Counted from the stretch's first letter, positions 23,837 through 31,965 are shown. The stretch is 32,000 nucleotides of DNA from Sedimentisphaera cyanobacteriorum (GCF_001997385.1 NZ_CP019633.1:1410001-1442000); one strand, 5' to 3'. Translations and numbers: made by a program. The notes: a model not told the origin generated them from the sequence alone.

Positions 23837-25529
23837 ACATAATAATATAAATTTATACGCACTGATACTGGCCAACCTGGACGGGTCGGCTTCTGAGAAT
23901 ATGCAGCAGGAGCTTGCTGATATTCTGGAATCTGACGGACATGCCAGGGTCGTATATGTTGATTTTGTAAACCTCTACAGCAGATTCCGCGCAAGGGGTG
24001 TATCTGAGCTTATAGATGGGGAGAATGGGATTTTGAATATTCCCGAACAGATGTTCGAAGAGCTTCTTGAAGAGGAACGAAACGCCCCGTCACTGGGCAA
24101 AAAAGACAGACATAAACACCCACCATCAAAAAGCTGCGGGAATCATACAGAAAATCAAAACGTAAAGAGGTTTCCAAAGTATAAGCTTTACCTTTTGGCC
24201 GGCTGCGTGGCAGCTCTTATTGCGATAATTGCAGTTCCTTTCTTTTGGCAGAGCAAATTTGAACTGGCTCCGGTAGGCAGAGTAAGCGATGCGTTGGACG
24301 CACGTACTAATGCAGGCAAGCTGATCAGCTCAGGAGAAAGCGTGCTTATATCCAGAGAATCTACAATACTTGAAGATGGCTGCCTCGAAATGATGTTTGC
24401 TAACGGGGCAATTATCACGATAGAGGCTCCGGCAAAATACCAGATTGTTTCAGAAGACCGCATCGATCTGGATTACGGTATGCTTTACGCTACGGTCCCG
24501 CAGAGTGCTATAGGATTCGCAGTTAAATCAGGCAATACGAACATAGTTGACCTCGGGACAGAATTCGGCGTGCAATCAATGCTCAATGGAGATACAGAGC
24601 TTCACGTCTTAGAAGGCAGGACAACAGTAGCAGCACTTAGAGGCTTTGACCGCGTGAGTATGGATGTTACAGAAAACACTGCGATAAATGTTTCCGATTC
24701 AGACGGGAAAGTATCGCTTATAGACATTAAACCTTCTGCCTTTATACGGTATATATCTGAAAAGAACGGTATAATGTGGCGCGGAGAAGGATTTATAGAC
24801 CTCGCAGATATAACAGGCGGGGGCGCCGGCTTCGGCACCGGAAAAACAGGCTCCGGCTACCTGCCTGATACAGGCAAATATGAAACCAGCTACGAAGGCG
24901 TTTCAAAACTTCGAAAAGGCAGAAAGGGCTACAGCAAAGTGGGCGATAATCCGTTTATAGACGGGGTTTTTGTGCCGACAGGTAAATCTGCAGTGATCAG
25001 CTCTGAAGGTCATAAATTCAGCTGGGAAAGTGAGACCAACTCTATCTTCTTCAGCATAATAGCCAACGGCCCGAGCATCAGCCAACGCCCTAAATACCGC
25101 GGGAAGTATAAGGTAAAGCCATACGGTCCTCATTTGGCGTGTTATCCGCTTAAACTCGGAGATGTGAAGTACGGCACAGAAGCACACCCCGCTGTCTATA
25201 TGCACACAAATTCAGGCATCACCTTTGATTTGGAACAGATGCGGGAGCATGTGGATTTCGCACCTCTCGATAAATTCGAGGCTCGAATCGGAGTACCAGA
25301 GAATACTCTCGAAAGGACAGATGTAAACCTGAGCTGGTATCTGCTGTTTGATGGTGAGGTAAAGTATTCTCGGGTAAACACAACTGCATTAGACGCGCCG
25401 GCTGATGTATCTCTGCCTGTTGGCGATGCAAGATTCATAACATTTATGATTACAGATGCCGACGGAGAACAGGCATACGACTGGTGCCTTATGGGCGAAC
25501 CGAGAATCACACTTAAAACATCAAAATAA
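23826..25529 (+). CDS. Membrane-spanning anti-sigma factor: N-terminal anti-sigma segment, TM helix, FecR-like domain, C-terminal NPCBM-like domain
   Basis: It overlaps the sigma gene by 11 nt. The TM helix is LYLLAGCVAALIAIIAVPFFW (aa ~120-141). The FecR-like block is GCLEMMFANGAIITIEAPAKYQI...GFAVKSGNTNIVDLGTEFGV. The C-terminus LKLGDVKYG..HPAVYMHTNSGITFDL...FEARIGV...LLFDGEVKY...ITFMITDADGEQAYDWCLMGEPRI fits the NPCBM pattern. Confidence 0.75.
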   Translation: MTSKHNNINLYALILANLDGSASENMQQELADILESDGHARVVYVDFVNLYSRFRARGVSELIDGENGILNIPEQMFEELLEEERNAPSLGKKDRHKHPPSKSCGNHTENQNVKRFPKYKLYLLAGCVAALIAIIAVPFFWQSKFELAPVGRVSDALDARTNAGKLISSGESVLISRESTILEDGCLEMMFANGAIITIEAPAKYQIVSEDRIDLDYGMLYATVPQSAIGFAVKSGNTNIVDLGTEFGVQSMLNGDTELHVLEGRTTVAALRGFDRVSMDVTENTAINVSDSDGKVSLIDIKPSAFIRYISEKNGIMWRGEGFIDLADITGGGAGFGTGKTGSGYLPDTGKYETSYEGVSKLRKGRKGYSKVGDNPFIDGVFVPTGKSAVISSEGHKFSWESETNSIFFSIIANGPSISQRPKYRGKYKVKPYGPHLACYPLKLGDVKYGTEAHPAVYMHTNSGITFDLEQMREHVDFAPLDKFEARIGVPENTLERTDVNLSWYLLFDGEVKYSRVNTTALDAPADVSLPVGDARFITFMITDADGEQAYDWCLMGEPRITLKTSK

Positions 25530-25739
25530 CCTGCTAACATTGCCTTCTGTTATTGTTTAATATCCTTATCCTGCACATTCAGATTGAGACAGTTAGTATC
25601 TGCTGTCCTGCTGGTCTGTGAGGTATTAAATACACATCTCATAAAGGCCTCAACTATGCAATTACAGAACGTAAATGATTGTAAGTAAAAGATAAACAGC
25701 CGTGCTTGAAATTTTTTAATTTTCGGGATTTAAGGAATG

Positions 25740-25748
25740 AACTGTTTT
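25740..25748. repeat. Left copy of the 9-bp target-site duplication AACTGTTTT of the IS4-family element
   Basis: An identical 9-mer directly abuts both IS ends (25740-25748 and 27261-27269). Confidence 0.85.
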
Positions 25749-27260
25749 CACAGTCATCCCATAGAAGAGCAAAATACAAGATGTTTCTTTAAAATCAGCG
25801 GGGTATGAGTTACACTAATTCTTTCAGTCTAATTAAACAAATTAGGAGTAACCCATGACACCCGCCAAACATCAATATAGCATTCTTAAGCAAATATGCC
25901 AACATATTCCTGCACATCTTGTTTCAAAATTGTCTCGGTCTTTCGGTATTGACAAGCAATCACGAACATTTTCTTGCTGGTCGCACATTGTATCTATGCT
26001 TCATGTCCAGATTGCTCACAGTCTCTCGCTCAACGACGTTTCCGACACATTGCGTAATCATTCTGGAGCTTTGACTCCTATCCGCCGTGCAACCCCTCCA
26101 AGCAGGAATGGGCTTTCTCATGCAAACAGGGTTCGAGATCCTCTTATGGCAGAGACTCTCTTCTGGGAGGTGCTGTCCCATATCCAGAACAAACATCTTG
26201 ATTTTGGGAGAGGCCATAAGTATTCCGGCCTTCCGAGGCGTTTTAAGAGAGCAATATATGCGGTTGACTCAACCACGATCCAGCTTGTAGCCAACTGTAT
26301 TGACTGGGCTAAACATCGCAGACGAAAAGCGGCTGCAAAGTGCCATATGCAGCTGAATCTCCAGACGTTCCTGCCTCAATTTGCTATTGTAAAAGAAGCC
26401 TCAACCCATGATTCGACAGAAGCTTATCAGCTCTGTCAGGACCTTAAAAGCGGCGAAATAGCGGTTTTTGACAAGGCTTACGTGGATTTTAAGCATCTAG
26501 CAGATCTTGACAGGCGAGAATTATTCTGGGTTACCAGAGCCAAAGATAATATGAAATATCGTTTTGTTAAACAGAATACAGAACCAAAAGGTAATATCCA
26601 ATACGATGCTTTAATTGAACTTGAAATGCCGAAAAGCCGCGAGGCATACCCGAAGAAGCTCCGTTTAGTTAAGGCTTATGTGGAAATTAACGGCGAGAAA
26701 AAGCTTATGAAATTTATCACGAACAATATGCAGTGGGCGCCGAGCAGTATTTGCGACCTATATAAGTGCCGCTGGGGTATAGAGGTGTTTTTCAAGCAGA
26801 TAAAACAGACTTTGCAGCTAAGCGATTTCCTAGGGCATAGCCAAAAAGCAATTCTATGGCAAGTATGGACGGCTATGCTGGCTTATATTTTAATAAGGTA
26901 TATAGGTTTCCTCGGTCAGTGGAAAGGAGCATTCAGCCGATTGTTTACTTTACTGAGGGGTGTATTATTCAGCCGGCTGGATGTTTTTAGCGTTATGGCT
27001 CCCTGTGGGACAGCACGTGGTTCACCGCGTATGGTTGGCAGCCCTCAGCAGGCTTATTTGCCGGGTTTTAATATGTAGCAAGATTTTACGAAAATAAAGA
27101 GGTGAAAAGAGAGCGGGCAGTATTGAGCAAAAAACTGCCAATTGAACAAAAGCAAAAAAAAAATGCAAACTGGGGTAATTCAAATCCTTCAAGAAAAGGG
27201 CGTTTTAATACAATAAACAAGCCCTCAACGATAAATTTATGGACTTATGGGATGGCTGTG
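25749..27260 (+). mobile_element. IS4-family insertion sequence (1512 bp) with intact ends
   Basis: Terminal inverted repeats are CACAGTCATCCCATA (25749-) and CACAGCCATCCCATA (reverse complement of -27260), matching at 14 of 15 positions. It carries a 9-bp TSD and a single DDE transposase ORF. Confidence 0.9.
25855..27078 (+). CDS. IS4-family DDE transposase (DUF4372-like N-terminus)
   Basis: AVDSTTIQL and VFDKAYVDF are the D residues. YKCRWGIEVFFKQIK is an exact Y-2-R-3-E-6-K signature of IS4-family transposases. Confidence 0.9.
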   Translation: MTPAKHQYSILKQICQHIPAHLVSKLSRSFGIDKQSRTFSCWSHIVSMLHVQIAHSLSLNDVSDTLRNHSGALTPIRRATPPSRNGLSHANRVRDPLMAETLFWEVLSHIQNKHLDFGRGHKYSGLPRRFKRAIYAVDSTTIQLVANCIDWAKHRRRKAAAKCHMQLNLQTFLPQFAIVKEASTHDSTEAYQLCQDLKSGEIAVFDKAYVDFKHLADLDRRELFWVTRAKDNMKYRFVKQNTEPKGNIQYDALIELEMPKSREAYPKKLRLVKAYVEINGEKKLMKFITNNMQWAPSSICDLYKCRWGIEVFFKQIKQTLQLSDFLGHSQKAILWQVWTAMLAYILIRYIGFLGQWKGAFSRLFTLLRGVLFSRLDVFSVMAPCGTARGSPRMVGSPQQAYLPGFNM

Positions 27261-27269
27261 AACTGTTTT
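27261..27269. repeat. Right copy of the 9-bp target-site duplication AACTGTTTT
   Basis: See the left copy. Confidence 0.85.
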
Positions 27270-27284
27270 TTGATTTAATTGTAT

Positions 27285-27312
27285 TTGAAATCAGCAGCAT
27301 AGATGTTAAAAT
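27285..27312 (+). promoter_or_regulatory. Candidate sigma70-type promoter of the thi operon
   Basis: TTGAAA (27285-27290), a 16-nt spacer, then TAAAAT (27307-27312). The riboswitch starts a few nt downstream. Confidence 0.5.
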
Positions 27313-27405
27313 AGACATACAGCCGGGGGAGCTCTTTTCAGAGCTGAGAGGCCGCACGTGCGGCGACCCTTCGAACCTGATTGGTTAAGACCAGCGAAGG
27401 AAGGC
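27313..27405 (+). promoter_or_regulatory. TPP (THI-box) riboswitch
   Basis: GGGGAGCUCUUUUCAGAGCUGAGA..GCCGCACGUGCGGC..ACCCUUCGAACCUGAUUGGUUAAGACCAGCGAAGGAAGG contains the conserved CUGAGA, ACCUGAU and GCG-AGG elements and the expected hairpins. It lies directly 5' of thiFSGH. Confidence 0.9.
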
Positions 27406-27420
27406 AAAAAAGAAAAATTT

Positions 27421-27448
27421 GCACGTCCTTTGCGGGCGTGCTTTTTTT
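27421..27448 (+). terminator. Riboswitch expression-platform terminator
   Basis: GCACGTCC-TTTGC-GGGCGTGC forms an 8-bp stem with one G-T pair (27421-27441). It is followed by TTTTTTT (27442-27448), which runs directly into the ATG at 27449. Confidence 0.7.
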
Positions 27449-28081
27449 ATGGGTAAAATGAATATACAAGATAATTTCCGCAAACAGTCAGAGAGCAGCG
27501 CAAAGCTGAAGGCAGTTCTGAAGAATGCCCGAATAGGGATTGCAGGATTAGGCGGGCTGGGCAGTCATGTTGGTGAAATGCTGATTCGCTCTGGCTCCGG
27601 CAGGCTAACGACGGCCGATTTCGACAGAGTGGACTCATCCAACCTCGCTCGGCAATGCTACAGGCTTTCTGATATCGGCAAGCTGAAAACAGATGCCATA
27701 GCAGAGATTGCATCGAATATTTCCCCGAGCTGCCGTATAGATAAGCATACCGTTCGGCTGAGCAGCGAAAATGCCTGCGAGGTTTTCAGAGGATGCGATA
27801 TAGTATGCGAGTGCTTGGATAAAGCAGAAAGCAAACAGGAGCTTATCGAAACTCTGCTGAAAGCAGGCAGATTTATCGTAGTTGCAGGAAGCGGAGCGGC
27901 CGGCCTTGGCCGGAGCAACGAGATAAAGACAACGAAAATCAGCGAGAGGCTGTATATCGCCGGCGATATGAAAAGCAGCGTGGAAGAGCTGGGCAGCCTC
28001 TGGGCGCCGCGAGTTACGATAGCAGCAGCGCATCAGGCAAACTGCGTTTTAGAACTTTTAGAGGAAAAGCTATGCAAATAA
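27449..28081 (+). CDS. thiF: ThiF-family sulfur-carrier (ThiS) adenylyltransferase
   Basis: ARIGIAGLGGLGSHVGEMLIRSGSGRLTTADFDRVDSSNLARQ is the E1-like nucleotide-binding motif. The start is trimmed to lie after the terminator. The ATG at 27458 is an alternative. Confidence 0.85.
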   Translation: MGKMNIQDNFRKQSESSAKLKAVLKNARIGIAGLGGLGSHVGEMLIRSGSGRLTTADFDRVDSSNLARQCYRLSDIGKLKTDAIAEIASNISPSCRIDKHTVRLSSENACEVFRGCDIVCECLDKAESKQELIETLLKAGRFIVVAGSGAAGLGRSNEIKTTKISERLYIAGDMKSSVEELGSLWAPRVTIAAAHQANCVLELLEEKLCK

Positions 28082-28281
28082 GAGTAAACGGCAAGGATAT
28101 GAATTTCTCCGATAACAGCGCCCCTGCCACCGTGAAGGAGCTCATAGACCATTTAGGTATAGACAGCGCGGCAGTAGTTGCAGAGGTGGACGGTGAGATT
28201 GTGGAGAAACGCAATTTCGAGAATACAAAAATTAAAGATTCGCAAAAAATTGAACTTATCAGATTCGTCGGAGGCGGATAA
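28072..28281 (+). CDS. thiS: Sulfur carrier protein ThiS
   Basis: 69 aa, MQIRVNGK...ELIRFVGGG with a C-terminal Gly-Gly. It overlaps thiF by 10 nt. Confidence 0.9.
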   Translation: MQIRVNGKDMNFSDNSAPATVKELIDHLGIDSAAVVAEVDGEIVEKRNFENTKIKDSQKIELIRFVGGG

Positions 28282-29054
28282 TGAATGATAAAATGATAAT
28301 AGCAGGAAGAGAATTCAGCTCCCGGCTTTTTATAGGCACAGGCAAATTTGCATCAAACAGAATTATGAGCGATGCTATAGAGGCAAGCGGTTCTGAGATG
28401 GTAACTGTTGCCCTTCGCAGGGTGAATATAGAAGACAGCAGCGATGATATGCTCTCTGCGATTATGCGTGAGAACGTCCAGCTTCTTCCGAATACATCCG
28501 GAGCGAGGGATGCAAAAGAGGCCGTAAGGCTTGCCAAGATTGCCCGAGCTGCGAGCGGGATTGAATGGGTTAAGCTGGAAGTAACTCCGGACCCGTACTA
28601 CCTTCTGCCCGATCCAGTAGAAACGCTGGAAGCAGCCAAAGAGCTTGTAGATGAGGGATTTATCGTGCTGCCTTATATTAATGCAGACCCTGTTCTGGCC
28701 AAGAAGCTTGAGGATGCAGGCTGCGCAACTGTGATGCCGCTGGCAGCTCCGATAGGCTCAAATAAAGGCATCAAAACCCGCGATTCAATAAAGATAATTA
28801 TCTCACAGGCCTCAGTGCCTGTTGTTGTGGATGCCGGTCTTGGGCTTCCCTCACATGCAGCGGACGCTATGGAGATGGGAGCAGATGCAGTACTCGTGAA
28901 TACGGCAATCGCTGTATGCGATAAGCCTTCTGAGATGGCTCAGGCATTCGCAAAGTCTGTGGAGGCTGGCAGACAGGGATATCTTGCAGGCCCTGGATGC
29001 GTTAGCGAAACAGCAAACGCCTCAAGCCCGCTTACAGGCTTTTTACGAGACTGA
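28281..29054 (+). CDS. thiG: Thiazole synthase
   Basis: [11 protein letters not shown]...VTVALRR...LLPNTSGA...VKLEV...[12 protein letters not shown]...[27 protein letters not shown]. Confidence 0.95.
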   Translation: MNDKMIIAGREFSSRLFIGTGKFASNRIMSDAIEASGSEMVTVALRRVNIEDSSDDMLSAIMRENVQLLPNTSGARDAKEAVRLAKIARAASGIEWVKLEVTPDPYYLLPDPVETLEAAKELVDEGFIVLPYINADPVLAKKLEDAGCATVMPLAAPIGSNKGIKTRDSIKIIISQASVPVVVDAGLGLPSHAADAMEMGADAVLVNTAIAVCDKPSEMAQAFAKSVEAGRQGYLAGPGCVSETANASSPLTGFLRD

Positions 29055-29066
29055 AAGGAGGTAAAA

Positions 29067-30203
29067 ATGCAGAATAAGCAATTCAGCGTTCCGGAAGAAA
29101 TTTTCGACCCTGAGAGCAGAATCTCAAGAATTCTTGAAGAGACAACCCAGAGGCAGGCTTTTTCTGAGCTTGAAAAACCTGCTGAATATTCAATCGAGAG
29201 GCTCGCACGCCTGCTTTCGCCTGCTGCCTCAGCGAACCTGGAGGATATGGCAAGGCAGGCCAAGGATATGACCCTGCGCAGATTCGGCAGGGCAAGGCAG
29301 CTCTATGCCCCTCTGTACGTTTCCAACTACTGCCAAAACAACTGCGCATACTGCGGATTCAACTTTACGCACAAGTTTAAGCGAACCCGACTCAGCATAG
29401 ATCAGGCCGTAAAAGAGGCAGAGGCGATCCGCTCGATGGGCTTTCGCCATATCCTTCTGCTCTCCGGGGAAGACCCCGATTACGCATCTGTGGAATACTT
29501 TGAAGAGCTTGCAGGCAGGATAAGAAAGCTCTTTGCAGCTATAGATATCGAAATTTACCCATGCAGTGAAGAGAATTACGAAAGGCTCTACAACGCCGGC
29601 ATAGACGGAATAACGATATATCAGGAAACTTACGACCGCAGCATTTATTCCAAACTGCATACCAAAGGGCCTAAGAAAGATTACAACTGGCGCCTGCATA
29701 CACCACAGCGTGCAGCAGAGTCAGGTTTTAGGAGAATCGGTCTCGGTTCACTGCTCGGGATAAGCGATTGGAGAAAAGAAACCCTCGCAATGGCCGAACA
29801 CGGCAATTTTTTTATAAAAAATTTCTGGAAATCCCAAGTATCAATTTCATTCCCGAGAATAAGACCGGCCGAGCAGGTCGACCCGCAGGATTTTGTGAGC
29901 TTCGTATCTGACAGAGAGACTGTTCAGATGATGCTCGCTCTTAGGCTTTGCTTCCCCGATATCGGGATAACCATCTCCACAAGAGAGACCTCCGAATTCA
30001 GAGAAAATACGCTAAGTATCTGTGTAACAAGGATTAGCGCCGGTTCTAAGACGAATCCGGGCGGGTATGCAGGCAGCGAAAATGAAACTGTTTCGCAGTT
30101 CGAGATCGACGACGACAGAACGCCTGAAGATGTAGCAAAGGTGATAAGCCAAATGGGTTTTGAACCGGTATGGAAAGACTGGGACGAGGGATTTTCTGAT
30201 TAA
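29067..30203 (+). CDS. thiH: 2-iminoacetate synthase (radical SAM)
   Basis: The radical-SAM motif YVSNYCQNNCAYCGF. Length and operon context with thiFSG also fit. Confidence 0.9.
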   Translation: MQNKQFSVPEEIFDPESRISRILEETTQRQAFSELEKPAEYSIERLARLLSPAASANLEDMARQAKDMTLRRFGRARQLYAPLYVSNYCQNNCAYCGFNFTHKFKRTRLSIDQAVKEAEAIRSMGFRHILLLSGEDPDYASVEYFEELAGRIRKLFAAIDIEIYPCSEENYERLYNAGIDGITIYQETYDRSIYSKLHTKGPKKDYNWRLHTPQRAAESGFRRIGLGSLLGISDWRKETLAMAEHGNFFIKNFWKSQVSISFPRIRPAEQVDPQDFVSFVSDRETVQMMLALRLCFPDIGITISTRETSEFRENTLSICVTRISAGSKTNPGGYAGSENETVSQFEIDDDRTPEDVAKVISQMGFEPVWKDWDEGFSD

Positions 30204-30379
30204 GCAATATTTATATCGTTACAGAAAATATTTATTTTTTTTTACTAAAACACAAATTAAACTTGAAATATTACGTAGGAAGTGTATTATCAATTAAAGT
30301 TTGAGAAACCAGGCGAGCCGATTAGCCGGTCGGTTCCCGTTATTGTTAATTGTTTTTAGATTTTGCGGAGGGTTACTAA

Positions 30380-30781
30380 ATGAAATTCAGCAGATCTACA
30401 GGTTACGGTTTAATTGCGGCAGCTTACATTGCTAAGAATGGTGATCCGAAGACTGCGATTCTTGCATCAAGCATTGCCAAAGAATTCGACATTCCTCTCG
30501 AGTATTTGCTTAAGATTCTTCAGAATCTTGTAAGGGCAAATGTCCTCAGAAGTAAGAGAGGGCCAAGAGGCGGTTTTTATCTTGCAAAGCAGCCGGGCGA
30601 TATCAACCTGCTCGAAATTATCGAAGCAGTTGACGGCCCTGCTAACAGCGAGATTCAGCTGCCGGAAAGATGTGAAGAGCTTCCTTATATGAAGCACATC
30701 ACAGATGCTTGCAAAGAGGCAGTTGACAAGACAAAGAATGTCTTAGTAAATGTCAAGCTTTCTGCAGTTATCAAAGGCTAA
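30380..30781 (+). CDS. Rrf2-family transcriptional regulator
   Basis: MKFSRSTGYGLIAAAYIAK...SIAKEFDIPLEYLLKILQNLVRANVLRSKRGPRGGFYLAK is a winged helix typical of Rrf2. It has only two Cys, so it is probably not an IscR-type Fe-S sensor. Confidence 0.85.
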   Translation: MKFSRSTGYGLIAAAYIAKNGDPKTAILASSIAKEFDIPLEYLLKILQNLVRANVLRSKRGPRGGFYLAKQPGDINLLEIIEAVDGPANSEIQLPERCEELPYMKHITDACKEAVDKTKNVLVNVKLSAVIKG

Positions 30782-30793
30782 TACCTCTCTTCA

Positions 30794-31057
30794 ATGGAAA
30801 TATCAGAATTCCAAAAATTTATTGAAGAGAAGTATGGCGAAGTTGATCGGAAGCGCGGCACTAACGCCACCTTTCTCTGGTTTATTGAAGAGGTTGGAGA
30901 GCTTGCTACCGCGCTTTCCGGCGACGACTTTGAAAACAAGCAGGAGGAGTTCGCCGATGTGTTTGCTTGGCTTTGTACACTGGCAAACATCAACGGCGTT
31001 GACTTGGAGAGCGTTATATCTAAGTATCTGGACAACCAGGTTGAGGGATTCAAGTAG
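30794..31057 (+). CDS. MazG-like nucleotide pyrophosphohydrolase domain protein (small, single domain)
   Basis: FLWFIEEVGELATAL...EEFADVFAWLCTLANINGVDLE has the E-x-x-E ... E-x-x-D metal-binding helices of the MazG/all-alpha NTP-PPase fold. Confidence 0.75.
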   Translation: MEISEFQKFIEEKYGEVDRKRGTNATFLWFIEEVGELATALSGDDFENKQEEFADVFAWLCTLANINGVDLESVISKYLDNQVEGFK

Positions 31058-31198
31058 TTCAGGCATTGTCGAAGATTAATAATGGGCTTGCTCTGTCTGT
31101 ACACACGTTCTTTGGAACATACGTTAAAAAAACTGCTAAACATGTGTTTAGGGTTGTTAAGTGTTTATTAACTTTATTTAAAACCGGGGGTTTACTCT

Positions 31199-31501
31199 AT
31201 GGCAAAGAAAACTGCTAAGAAAACTGCCAAAAAGACAGCGAAGAAAACATCAACCAAGAAAAGTGCTGCAAAGAAGACGACCAAGAAGAAGACGACCAAG
31301 AAAAAACCAGCAAAGAAGTCAGCACCAAAGGAGCCGCTCATTGTAGCGAGCAAGGTTAAGGCCTACATCAAAGAGGGCGGAAAGATGACAGCATCAGAAA
31401 CTCTTGATGCTATCAACGAAAAGATTTACGCTATGCTTGATGATGCTATGGGCAGAACAGATTCTAATAACAGAAGCACTGTTAAGCCTCAGGACCTATA
31501 A
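31199..31501 (+). CDS. Histone-fold (HBb/DUF1931-like) DNA-binding protein with an H1-like lysine-rich N-terminal tail
   Basis: aa 1-44 is MAKKTAKKTAKKTAKKTSTKKSAAKKTTKKKTTKKKPAKKSAPK. aa 45-100 is EPLIVASKVKAYIKEGGKMTASETLDAINEKIYAMLDDAMGRTDSNNRSTVKPQDL, i.e. helix-loop-long helix-loop ending in the R-x-T-V-x-x-x-D motif. Confidence 0.6.
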   Translation: MAKKTAKKTAKKTAKKTSTKKSAAKKTTKKKTTKKKPAKKSAPKEPLIVASKVKAYIKEGGKMTASETLDAINEKIYAMLDDAMGRTDSNNRSTVKPQDL

Positions 31502-31515
31502 TCAAAAGTCATAAA

Positions 31516-31546
31516 AGCGGGGCTTAATTTGCTCCGCTTTTTTTTT
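31516..31546 (+). terminator. Intrinsic terminator after the histone-like gene
   Basis: AGCGGGGC (31516-31523) / GCTCCGCT (31531-31538) form an 8-bp stem with one G-T pair. It is followed by a T-run (31539-31546). Confidence 0.7.
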
Positions 31547-31551
31547 AATCC

Positions 31552-31965
31552 ATGAAGCTCAGCACCCTGTTTATCTCCAGATTAGTATTTTCGCTTGCGG
31601 TATTGGCAACGATACTGCTAATCTATCTTACGCATGCTCCGATGGAGCAGCTCAAAGAAGATTACGGCGGATTTATCCACACATTGGGAGATAAGGCTCT
31701 TCATTTGCTAGCATACGGCGGGGTTGCATTTCTGTACTTTTTAGCAGCAAGATTTGCGGAATTTTCCCGGAAGGCACTGCACCGCCTGCTTGGAGCACTG
31801 CTTGTATTTTCGGCAGTGGATGAAGGGACGCAGGCACTTGTAGGGAGGAATGCGGACTGGCTGGATTTGCTCTTTAATCTGGCGGGGATTGTTATCGGTT
31901 TGTTCTTGAGCAAACTTTTCTATATTATTGCAAAAAAGACTGTCCGGCGTTTTTTCATGGAATAA
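31552..31965 (+). CDS. VanZ-like family membrane protein
   Basis: Four predicted TM segments. DKALHLLAYGGVAFLY and DEGTQALVGRNADWLDLLFNLAGIVIG are typical VanZ-like blocks. Confidence 0.75.
   Translation: MKLSTLFISRLVFSLAVLATILLIYLTHAPMEQLKEDYGGFIHTLGDKALHLLAYGGVAFLYFLAARFAEFSRKALHRLLGALLVFSAVDEGTQALVGRNADWLDLLFNLAGIVIGLFLSKLFYIIAKKTVRRFFME

Noticed and set aside
27419-27448. An N-terminal extension of the thiF ORF (MHVLCGRAFF...).
   Set aside because: The extension would translate through the riboswitch terminator hairpin and U-tract. The start was moved to 27449 (or 27458).
30206-30243. A hairpin AATATTT / AAATATT followed by T9 after thiH, considered as a possible terminator.
   Set aside because: The stem is 7 bp of A-T pairs only, so its stability is doubtful. 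It is left unannotated, although the T-run makes some termination plausible.
30750-31143. The overlapping ORFs 30750-31079 (+), 30778-31143 (-) and 30803-31066 (-), competing with the MazG-like ORF.
   Set aside because: Only the 30794-31057 frame gives the EEVGE...EEFADV MazG-type helices. The other frames are low-complexity.
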